DNA of 64,000 nt, taken from NCBI GenBank assembly GCA_947449315.1, contig CANFRC010000014.1, positions 2,865-66,864 of the forward strand, in the 5' to 3' direction. Source of the DNA: Bacteroidota bacterium (GTDB lineage: Bacteria; Bacteroidota; Bacteroidia; 2-12-FULL-35-15). The notes beneath the pieces are model-generated. The model was not told where the DNA came from. It searched no databases and saw nothing but the letters and a program-made list of their open reading frames with translations. The position numbers were made by a program, and so were the translations under genes. Shown here piece by piece: positions 20,098 through 27,931 of the stretch. The first letter of the stretch is position 1. Each line of letters starts with the position of its first letter.

Positions 20098-20712
20098 ATG
20101 CTAAAAAAATATTTCATCGTTTTCTTTCTTGGTTTTTCTTTAGCAATCTTTGCTCAGGAAGAAAGCTCGCAATTTATAAAGAGAGGGTTGGTTCGAGCCG
20201 ATGGCTCTATCATGGCCGGATATATGTTTAAAGACAATTTAAGCAATGTTCATTTAGATGGTGATATGGAATACTATCTTGACAACAGAATTTCTATCAG
20301 AGGTTCTGCCAGTTATTTGGTAGGCAGTTCAGGATTAACGTCAGACTCCATCGGCCTAAAGGATTTTACAGCTGTTTATTTAGGTGCACTGTATCATTTT
20401 ACCACCAAAGGTAATTTTGATCCATATGTCGTTTTACAACCCGGTATTGCATATACTTCATCCTATAAAGCAACAGATACATCTCCACCGAATAATACTA
20501 CAAAGACAGAAACTTTTCCCGGAGCCTTTTCTCCTTTGGCGACAGTAGGTGTTGGATTTAATTATTTTTTCGAACGTTACTTTCATTTGTTCATGGAAAC
20601 TCGTTATGTTTATGGGAACCATTTATCCAAAGCCCCTCATCCAATTTCTTTGCAAGAAATGAGAATTACATTCGGATTAGGGTTCAATTTATGTATAAAA
20701 AATAAAAAGTAA
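20098..20712 (+). CDS. Small outer-membrane beta-barrel protein, tandem paralog-like to the preceding gene
   Basis: Starts at internal Met MLKKYFIVFFLGFSLAIFAQ (signal peptide), about 204 aa. Same size class and strand pattern as 19413..20057. Confidence 0.45.
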   Translation: MLKKYFIVFFLGFSLAIFAQEESSQFIKRGLVRADGSIMAGYMFKDNLSNVHLDGDMEYYLDNRISIRGSASYLVGSSGLTSDSIGLKDFTAVYLGALYHFTTKGNFDPYVVLQPGIAYTSSYKATDTSPPNNTTKTETFPGAFSPLATVGVGFNYFFERYFHLFMETRYVYGNHLSKAPHPISLQEMRITFGLGFNLCIKNKK

Positions 20713-20755
20713 AAAAACTGCTAAGTGCAGTTCTTTTACTTTTTTAAAAATAGGC

Positions 20756-21517
20756 TTATTCATTCCCTTCTTCTTCTGCTTCCCTTTTTGCATCTTGTGC
20801 AATTTTTTTTCTGCTGGCCTCCCATTTATATTCTTTGGTACTTATAATTACGATTCCTCCTGTGCAATCTCCATATTCTGCTGGAACACCTCCTGTAAGA
20901 ACCTCCATTCCTGCTATTCCCAACCCCGGAATTTCAGGAACCCCCATAGTTCTCATTCCGTCAACAATGTATCCTGTTGTTCCTACACGAGAGCCTCTGA
21001 TGTGAATATCTCTTCCATCAGCCGTTGCTACTATTCCGGGTGTTAAACTGGTTATTAAAGCAACGATGTCGGTTTTGCCTAGCGCGCTATTCTCAATCTG
21101 TTCGATGCTGATTGGGGTTAATGTCGAAAAATCTTTGTCAATAATTGTTTCATGGAAATGAGCAGTTACTACTGTTGTTTTTAAGGTATTTTCAGACAAG
21201 CTCATCTTCATGTCAACATATGCTGTTTTGTTGGGGTGCGTAACTACGTCTTTTAAGAGTAGCGTTTTATATCCCAGGTAGGATGCTTTTAAGTTGTATT
21301 TGCCAGGTGTTATTTCTTTCATGGTGAACTCCCCATTCTCATCTGTTGTGGCTGATGTTATGATTGTTGAATCTTGAAAAAGTGCTATCGGAACAAAAAG
21401 CATCGGCTTCCCTTTTTCATCAAGAATGTTTCCTTTTATTATTCCGTTTACTTGTGCTGTTAGCGAACCTGCAATTGATAAAGAGGTGATGGCTAGAAAT
21501 AATTTTATTGTTTTCAT
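20756..21517 (-). CDS. Carboxypeptidase-regulatory-like domain + TonB-dependent-receptor plug domain protein lacking a barrel ('plug-only')
   Basis: 253 aa. Signal peptide, then a CarbopepD_reg-like beta-sandwich (GIIKGNILDEKGKPMLFVPIAL...GEFTM), then a plug-like region (ITSLTPGIVATADGRDIHIRGSRVGTTGYIVDGMRT). The ORF ends without the 22-strand barrel that TonB-dependent transporters carry. Confidence 0.5.
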   Translation of the reverse strand: MKTIKLFLAITSLSIAGSLTAQVNGIIKGNILDEKGKPMLFVPIALFQDSTIITSATTDENGEFTMKEITPGKYNLKASYLGYKTLLLKDVVTHPNKTAYVDMKMSLSENTLKTTVVTAHFHETIIDKDFSTLTPISIEQIENSALGKTDIVALITSLTPGIVATADGRDIHIRGSRVGTTGYIVDGMRTMGVPEIPGLGIAGMEVLTGGVPAEYGDCTGGIVIISTKEYKWEASRKKIAQDAKREAEEEGNE

Positions 21518-21768
21518 AGGTTTTATTTTTAGGTGAATTGATTTAGTTTTTTTTGAAAGGATTTACTATCCGCTGTTTGCAATGAAGACGCTCTATGAAT
21601 CCACATTCCATAAAAAATGTTTACAAACCGTTTAGTAACAAAATCAACCGCTTACTCATTCTCAAAAACTTAATTACATGCTAATTAGTTAAATAATGTG
21701 GAATCTGATAATTCAAAACGTCATAACTATCAAGAACCGATTCCGGATCATTCTAAAAAAATGGGATT

Positions 21769-22341
21769 ATGAGTTTTTCAACTTCAAGCTATAGTCACTT
21801 ATCCGACAATACGTTGGTGCAACAATATAAAGTGTGTGCCGACAAACAATTAATTGGTGAGCTCTATAAACGCTATGCCCATTTGGTGCTGGGGATGTGC
21901 ATTCACTATTTTAAAGATAAAGATGTTGCAAAAGATACAGTCATCCAGATTTTCGAAAAACTTTTTATTGAATTGAAAAAACGTGAAGTAGAAAATTTTA
22001 AAGGTTGGCTCACTTTTGTTGTTCGTAATCATTGTATTTCGGAGTTGCGTAAAATTCAAACCCAATTAAATCGAGATCAGGAATACCACTATGAAGTTAA
22101 ATTACAATCCGTTGAAACAGATAAGGATCTTGTTGAAGCAGAGGCTCAGAAAATTGAAAAGTTGGAAAAAGCGTTAGAAACATTAAATCCGTTTCAAAAA
22201 AAATGTATCGAAATGTTTTATTTGAAAAATATGAGTTACATCCAAATAGTTGAAATGACAGGCTATTCCGTTAATGAAGTGAAAAGTTATATTCAAAATG
22301 GAAAACGGAACTTAAAAATGATTTTAACGGAACTGAGATAA
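21769..22341 (+). CDS. RNA polymerase sigma-70 factor, ECF subfamily
   Basis: 190 aa. Region-2-like FKGWLTFVVRNHCISELRK and a region-4 HTH (MSYIQIVEMTGYSVNEVKSYIQNGKRNL). Confidence 0.8.
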   Translation: MSFSTSSYSHLSDNTLVQQYKVCADKQLIGELYKRYAHLVLGMCIHYFKDKDVAKDTVIQIFEKLFIELKKREVENFKGWLTFVVRNHCISELRKIQTQLNRDQEYHYEVKLQSVETDKDLVEAEAQKIEKLEKALETLNPFQKKCIEMFYLKNMSYIQIVEMTGYSVNEVKSYIQNGKRNLKMILTELR

Positions 22342-22349
22342 AAATCCCC

Positions 22350-23432
22350 ATGAAAATGTATACCTACACGAATTGCCTTTCTTTTGATCAGCTAAAAGCA
22401 CATGCTTTAAATAAAAGCAATGCGTCTGAAAGCGCTCAAACCTATAAGCACATTTCTTCTTGTGAATTGTGCGCTTGTGCGCTTAACGGTTTTGCTGCCA
22501 TTCCTTTTTCATTTTCTGATGTTGCTGCCATTTGTCATCAGGTCGATCTGAATACAAATGCTTCGAAAACAAACCTGTTAATTTTGGCACGAGCCATTTT
22601 GGTCGTACTTTCTATTGCGGGAATATTCGGTTTCTATAGTTTTGCAAATTCTTTTTATAACAACACAGCAAAAGTGGACCCATTAGAACGATCCTCACAA
22701 GTTGTCTCCCCTGTTATTAAAAATGGAATCCTTTCAAGTGTATTATCTGCTAACAAAGATGTAAAGTTAAAAACGGATAGAAAGAGAATTCGTCCGTTTA
22801 GTAACTCATTGTTCAGAAACGTAATTTCTGTTGACCCGATTGAAAATATAACTGTTAGCCTTGTTGAGCCTGATAATAAAATGAACACTGTAATTAAAAC
22901 AGAGTTTTTTAATGCGGATGTCATCTATATTTATGATTTGAAAGTGACTCACTATCAAAATTTTTATTTCAATTGCACGAAGCTTCAATTCGAAAATAAA
23001 AGTGGGACTCCTTCCTTTAGGGAAAATCAAAAAAATCAAAATAATTTTGCTGAGTCGGATATTACTCAAACGATTGCTGCCGACATAGTTTTGAGGAATG
23101 GTCTTGCATATTTTAATAAAGGGAAGTATAGCAAAGCAATCAATGAATTTCAGTTGTTGCTTGATTTTATTCCTAACGATGTAAATGCTTTGTTTTACAG
23201 CGGAGTTTCTTTTTATCAGATTGGAAAGTATGGCAGTGCAATTAAGAATTTGGAAGCAGTCTTAAAGAACGAAAACAATGTGTTTCATCCGGAAGCAAAA
23301 TGGAATTTGGCTTTGGTGAACCTTAAGTTAGGAAATAAACTTAAAGCAAAAGAGTTGTTAAATGAAATTGCTTTTGAAAAAGGTTTCTATTCAAAAAAGG
23401 CTTCGGAAAAATTGAAGGGCTTATCGTTCTGA
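22350..23432 (+). CDS. Putative anti-sigma factor: N-terminal Cys/His motif, one TM helix, C-terminal TPR repeats
   Basis: 360 aa. Directly follows the ECF sigma gene with an 8-nt gap. HISSCELCACALNGF zinc-finger-like motif, a TM helix (ILVVLSIAGIFGFYSF), and TPR-like repeats at the C-terminus. Confidence 0.5.
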   Translation: MKMYTYTNCLSFDQLKAHALNKSNASESAQTYKHISSCELCACALNGFAAIPFSFSDVAAICHQVDLNTNASKTNLLILARAILVVLSIAGIFGFYSFANSFYNNTAKVDPLERSSQVVSPVIKNGILSSVLSANKDVKLKTDRKRIRPFSNSLFRNVISVDPIENITVSLVEPDNKMNTVIKTEFFNADVIYIYDLKVTHYQNFYFNCTKLQFENKSGTPSFRENQKNQNNFAESDITQTIAADIVLRNGLAYFNKGKYSKAINEFQLLLDFIPNDVNALFYSGVSFYQIGKYGSAIKNLEAVLKNENNVFHPEAKWNLALVNLKLGNKLKAKELLNEIAFEKGFYSKKASEKLKGLSF

Positions 23433-23535
23433 AAAAAGTAATTACAGGAATACCAGAACAGAAATTTCCTTTTGAATAGACAAACGATATTCATCATTCA
23501 ACAATTGTAATATCTTTGTGGCTTAAAATTTAGCC

Positions 23536-24423
23536 ATGAATAACAGAGTTCTAAATTGGATCATATTAATCGTTCTTGCCCTTACATGGGGTAGTTCCTT
23601 CATTTTGATGAAACGTGGACTTGATGTGTATTCAAGTGATGAGGTAGCGGCATTGCGGATTCTGATCGCGTTTCTTTTTTTATCTCCATTGATTTTCAAA
23701 CACGTGAAAAAACCTTTGTTGAAGCACTGGAAAGGCTTTCTAGGGATGGGTGTTTTGGGGAATTTTATTCCTGCATTTTTATTTACAAAAGCGGAGACAG
23801 GGATAAGCAGTTCACTAACAGGAATGTTAAATTCCCTAACTCCATTATTTACTCTGTTATTAGGGGTTTTGCTATTCAAAACCAAAACCAGGTGGATCAA
23901 TGCTTTTGGCATTATGATCGGATTTGTAGGTGCCATCGGATTGTTGTTGGTAGGCAAAAGAGTAGATACCGACAATAATCTATTATTTGGATTTTATGTT
24001 GTTCTGGCCACTATTTGTTATGGATTAAGTGTGAATATTATTAAAAAGTCGTTGAACGATGTAAATTCAATTACAGCCACAGTTTGGGCGCTGATGTTTA
24101 TTGGTCCGATTGCCGGGCTATATTTATTTGGATTTACAGATTTCACTACTAGGCTCGCTAACAATCCAATGGCTTTGAATAGCTTGGGTTATGTAAGTGT
24201 TTTAGCCATATTCGGAACAGCTCTTTCTGTGATCATTTTCAATGTACTCATTCGGAATACGAATGCTTTGTTTGCCTCCTCAGTCACCTATTTAATTCCT
24301 GTTGTTGCCATTGGCTGGGGAATAATGGATGGAGAAAATGTACAAATGCTTCATTTTCTGTGGATTGGGCTAATTTTGATTGGCGTGTATCTGGTAAATA
24401 AAAAGCCTTTGGAAGCTAGTTGA
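23536..24423 (+). CDS. EamA/DMT-family permease
   Basis: 295 aa, 10 predicted TM helices with the two-repeat EamA pattern (LTWGSSFILMK... and ...IFNVLIRNTNALFASSVTYLIPV). Confidence 0.75.
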   Translation: MNNRVLNWIILIVLALTWGSSFILMKRGLDVYSSDEVAALRILIAFLFLSPLIFKHVKKPLLKHWKGFLGMGVLGNFIPAFLFTKAETGISSSLTGMLNSLTPLFTLLLGVLLFKTKTRWINAFGIMIGFVGAIGLLLVGKRVDTDNNLLFGFYVVLATICYGLSVNIIKKSLNDVNSITATVWALMFIGPIAGLYLFGFTDFTTRLANNPMALNSLGYVSVLAIFGTALSVIIFNVLIRNTNALFASSVTYLIPVVAIGWGIMDGENVQMLHFLWIGLILIGVYLVNKKPLEAS

Positions 24424-24455
24424 TTGAATGTTTTTAAGGAAAAAAACGTATTTTT

Positions 24456-24486
24456 TTTGCCACATTCAAATAAATGCTTAATTTCG
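24456..24486 (+). promoter_or_regulatory. Candidate Bacteroidota sigma-A promoter for rplU-rpmA (TTTG, 19-nt spacer, TAATTTCG)
   Basis: TTTG at 24456-24459 and TAATTTCG at 24479-24486 approximate the Bacteroidota -33 TTTG / -7 TAnnTTTG consensus. They lie about 55 nt upstream of the rplU ATG. Confidence 0.3.
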
Positions 24487-24539
24487 TGCCCCCAAGATAA
24501 AAATGCTTGGGTAATTATAAACAAATAAAAACCTAAAAA

Positions 24540-25013
24540 ATGTACGCAATCGTAGAAATAGCCGGGCAACAATTTAAGGTAGAACGTGGAGTAAAAGTAT
24601 ACGTTCACCGCCTAGATGCTAACGAAGGTGCTAAAGTTGAATTCGACAAAGTATTGTTGGTTGACAATGGCGGAAAAGTTCAAGTAGGAACTCCTTCAAT
24701 TGATGGTGCAAAAGTAGCTGCAACAGTTCTTTCGCATCTGAAAGGTGACAAAGTCATCGTATTTAAAAAGAAACGTAGAAAAGGGTACCAAAAATCAAAT
24801 GGTCACCGTCAACAACTTACTCAAATCCTAGTTCAAGGGATTTTAGGTAAAGGAGAAACATTGAAAGATGAGATTGCTGTTGAGAAAAAAGCGCCAAAAG
24901 CTAAAGTAGAAAAAGTGGAAGCTGTTTCTAAAGAAGTTAAAGCATTTGCGCCTAAAAAAGCGGCTGTAAAAAAAGCACCTGCAAAAAAAGCAGCTAAAAA
25001 AACAGAAGAATAA
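24540..25013 (+). CDS. rplU: 50S ribosomal protein L21 with a Lys/Ala-rich C-terminal extension
   Basis: [17 protein letters not shown] bL21 N-terminus. 157 aa, against about 103 for canonical bL21. The extra tail is [42 protein letters not shown]. Confidence 0.9.
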   Translation: MYAIVEIAGQQFKVERGVKVYVHRLDANEGAKVEFDKVLLVDNGGKVQVGTPSIDGAKVAATVLSHLKGDKVIVFKKKRRKGYQKSNGHRQQLTQILVQGILGKGETLKDEIAVEKKAPKAKVEKVEAVSKEVKAFAPKKAAVKKAPAKKAAKKTEE

Positions 25014-25062
25014 AAAATTGAACGTTTCAATTTTTAATTAATAATTTAATATTTAAGAAAAA

Positions 25063-25329
25063 ATGGCTCATAAAAAAGGTGCGGGTAGTTCTAAGAACGG
25101 TCGCGAATCACATAGCAAACGCCTTGGCGTTAAAATTTATGGTGGTCAACTAGCTATTGCGGGCAATATCATTGTTCGTCAAAGAGGTACAAAACATAAT
25201 CCAGGTGAAAACGTGGGTATTGGTAAAGATCATACATTATTTGCTTTAGTTGACGGTACAGTAGCATTCAGAAAAAAACGTGATGACAGATCGTTTGTTT
25301 CGGTTGTTCCATTTACTGCTGAAGCATAA
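25063..25329 (+). CDS. rpmA: 50S ribosomal protein L27
   Basis: [24 protein letters not shown]...[11 protein letters not shown] bL27 signature. 88 aa. Confidence 0.9.
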   Translation: MAHKKGAGSSKNGRESHSKRLGVKIYGGQLAIAGNIIVRQRGTKHNPGENVGIGKDHTLFALVDGTVAFRKKRDDRSFVSVVPFTAEA

Positions 25330-25351
25330 GGTTATTCTAATTTTTTTAAAA

Positions 25352-25395
25352 ATCTCCTAAGCTTCAATGGAAGTTTGGGAGATTTTTTTGTTTTT
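25352..25395 (+). terminator. Rho-independent terminator after rpmA
   Basis: AAATCTCCTAAGCTTCAATGGAAGTTTGGGAGATTTTTTTGTTTTTTT: stem AATCTCC...GGAGATT with G-U pairs, followed by a long T-run. Confidence 0.55.
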
Positions 25396-25447
25396 TTACA
25401 ATTCATTTCCTTCTTAATACTTGATTTTTAATATCTGAAATTTTTTT

Positions 25448-26719
25448 ATGCTACAACTCAACTATATCCGCGAAAATAAAGACGAAGCAATTGCTCGCCT
25501 GGCGATTAAAAATTTTGATGCAAAACCAATCCTAGAGCAGGTTTTGGAATTAGACAATGATCGCCGACGGACTCAAAATGAGTTAGATTCATTATTGAAT
25601 GAGGCGAATACAATTGCAAAGCAAGTTGGAGATCTTTATAAACAGGGAAAGAAAGCGGAGGGAGACGATTTGAAAAACAAAAGTGCAGCTGTAAAAGAAA
25701 GTTCAACTAAATTATCTGAACAGTTGAAAGCTATTGAAGAGCAACAAAATAAATTGTTGGTTCAGGTTCCCAATACCCCTAATATTAATGTGCCTAGAGG
25801 TAAAACCCCTGAAGAAAATGAAAATGTGTATCAAGAAGGTGAGATACCCTTGTTATACGATGGCGCAAAACCTCATTGGGAGCTCACAACAAAATATGAC
25901 CTTATTGATTTTGAATTAGGGGTGAAACTAACCGGAGCGGGATTTCCAGTTTATAAAGGAAAAGGAGCTCGTTTACAAAGAGCCTTAATTAATTTTTTTC
26001 TAGATAGAGCAACAGCTGCCGGTTATTTAGAAATTCAACCACCTATTTTAGTGAATGAAGCATCCGGTTATGCAACTGGTCAATTGCCAGATAAAGAAGG
26101 TCAGATGTACCATGCAACAATCGATAATTTATATTTAATTCCTACTGCAGAGGTGCCTATAACAAATATTTACCGTGATGTTATATTAAAATCGGATCAA
26201 TTACCAATCAAAAATTGCGGCTATACACCCTGTTTTCGAAGAGAAGCAGGAAGTTACGGAGCTCATGTGCGTGGATTAAACAGGTTGCATCAATTCGATA
26301 AGGTTGAAATTGTTCAAATATCACATCCTGACAAGTCTTATGATACCTTAGAAGATATGCGTTCATACGTTGCAGGACTTTTGCGTGAATTGGAATTGCC
26401 TTTCCGCACGTTGAAATTGTGCGGAGGTGATATGAGTTTTGCTTCTGCATTAACATACGATTTTGAAACCTATTCGACAGCACAAAAAAAATGGTTGGAA
26501 GTAAGTTCTGTTTCTAATTTCGAAACATTTCAGAGTAATCGTTTGAAATTGCGTTTTAAGGAAGGAGATGGAAAACCTATTTTGGCTCATACTTTAAATG
26601 GAAGTGCTTTAGCATTACCAAGAATAGTAGCCTGTTTATTGGAAAATAATCAAACAGCTGATGGAATAAAAATCCCTAAAGTATTGATCCCTTATTGTGG
26701 ATTTGATATGATAAAATAA
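25448..26719 (+). CDS. serS: Seryl-tRNA synthetase
   Basis: 423 aa. N-terminal coiled-coil arm (MLQLNYIRENKDEAIARL...) and a class II core with motif 2/3-like FRRE and GSALA...R. Length is typical. Confidence 0.9.
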   Translation: MLQLNYIRENKDEAIARLAIKNFDAKPILEQVLELDNDRRRTQNELDSLLNEANTIAKQVGDLYKQGKKAEGDDLKNKSAAVKESSTKLSEQLKAIEEQQNKLLVQVPNTPNINVPRGKTPEENENVYQEGEIPLLYDGAKPHWELTTKYDLIDFELGVKLTGAGFPVYKGKGARLQRALINFFLDRATAAGYLEIQPPILVNEASGYATGQLPDKEGQMYHATIDNLYLIPTAEVPITNIYRDVILKSDQLPIKNCGYTPCFRREAGSYGAHVRGLNRLHQFDKVEIVQISHPDKSYDTLEDMRSYVAGLLRELELPFRTLKLCGGDMSFASALTYDFETYSTAQKKWLEVSSVSNFETFQSNRLKLRFKEGDGKPILAHTLNGSALALPRIVACLLENNQTADGIKIPKVLIPYCGFDMIK

Positions 26720-26874
26720 TTAGTAATTCATTTTGATAAAATAGTATAATAGGGCTAAAAAGTATGGGGCCAGGTTGTTCCACTCTGCTTGGGTTTATTT
26801 TAAGCGCTTAATTAGGGGCTATTTCGCAGAAATTTCCACCCTCCCTATTTTAAGGGGCATACTTAGACAAAACA

Positions 26875-27096
26875 TTATTTTTCAGTAATAAATTCAAAAC
26901 GTTTTATTTTCTTTCCTTCGTTTTCAATTTCTTCCAAAAACATTTCCAATGGTCGCACCCATATATTTTCTCCCTCTGTTTGATACAAAGCTTTATAAAC
27001 GACTAATTCTTCCAGTGTTTCGCTGTGTTTTGCAATGCCAATAACTTCGTATTCCTTGCCCTTGTAATGTTTGTATTTTCCAGTTTGGAGTTTCAT
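26875..27096 (-). CDS. DUF1653-like small protein
   Basis: 73 aa. GKYKHYKGKEYEVIGIA..SETLEELVVYKALY pattern is typical of DUF1653. Confidence 0.5.
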   Translation of the reverse strand: MKLQTGKYKHYKGKEYEVIGIAKHSETLEELVVYKALYQTEGENIWVRPLEMFLEEIENEGKKIKRFEFITEK

Positions 27097-27186
27097 GAAT
27101 TTTGCTGTAAAGAGGCTAAGGCGTAAAGTTTTTTAGTTTTTTTTATCCGTTTTAATCCTCTAAATCTGTGTTAACCGCCTACTATC

Positions 27187-27825
27187 TTAGGTCAGAAAAG
27201 GATTGTTCTTCTTCTCAAATCCAATTGTAGTCATCTGTCCGTGACCGCTGTATACTTTAAAGTCGTCACCCAATGGAAACAATTTTGTTTTGATATTATT
27301 AATAAGCGTTTCGTGGCTACCTCCCGGAAGGTCCGTTCGTCCAATGCTTCCGTAAAATAAAACATCTCCAGCGATCATAAATTTTTGTTCAGTGTTATAG
27401 AATGTAATGCTACCTGGCGAATGTCCCGGGGTAAAAAGGATTTCTAATGTTGAGTTTCCGAATTCAATGATATCACCTTCTTCTAGATAAACAGATGGTT
27501 GAGGTGATGGGTCGCAATTCATTCCGTATAGGTCGCAAGTCTTTTTAAATGAATCTAAGACAGGTAAGTCTTTTTTGTTGATCTCTAGTTTCAGGTCATA
27601 TTTTTCAGCAACAAATCTATTTCCGAAAATATGATCCAGATGGCAGTGCGTATTTAGCAGTTTTACTGGTTTTAGGGCATTGTCGCTGATGAACTTAGAT
27701 AGAATAGCTCTTTCCTTGTCGTCATAGCAGCCAGGGTCAATAATGACACATTCTTTGGTTTCGTCAAAAAGCAGATACATATTCTGCTGTATAGGATTAA
27801 AAGTAAAGGAATGAATAGAGATCAT
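27187..27825 (-). CDS. MBL-fold metallo-hydrolase (glyoxalase II-like)
   Basis: 212 aa. HCHLDH metal-binding motif and downstream His/Asp ligands (GHSPGS, GDVLF). Confidence 0.8.
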   Translation of the reverse strand: MISIHSFTFNPIQQNMYLLFDETKECVIIDPGCYDDKERAILSKFISDNALKPVKLLNTHCHLDHIFGNRFVAEKYDLKLEINKKDLPVLDSFKKTCDLYGMNCDPSPQPSVYLEEGDIIEFGNSTLEILFTPGHSPGSITFYNTEQKFMIAGDVLFYGSIGRTDLPGGSHETLINNIKTKLFPLGDDFKVYSGHGQMTTIGFEKKNNPFLT

Positions 27826-27931
27826 AATAAATGGGCTAACTATGCGTTACAAAAGTAGCAAAATTAAGTGCTCGAAAACACTTGTTAATGCTCTCATAAT
27901 TTAGTATTTTAGCATTCTAATTGACGAATAA

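Noticed and set aside
23523-23975. 150-aa minus-strand ORF overlapping the EamA permease gene
   Set aside because: The plus-strand EamA product has a coherent 10-TM two-repeat architecture. The antisense translation is Pro/Asn-rich junk typical of the reverse frame of a hydrophobic gene.
26720-26874. G-run containing segment (ggggccaggttgttccactctgcttggg ... aggggctatttcgcagaaatttccaccctccc) examined as a possible small RNA / tmRNA / SRP RNA fragment
   Set aside because: No cloverleaf, no tmRNA 5' GGGG-acceptor pairing with a 3' CCA end, and no SRP domain IV GGAAGCAGCC-like motif. Most likely just the serS terminator / convergent spacer region.
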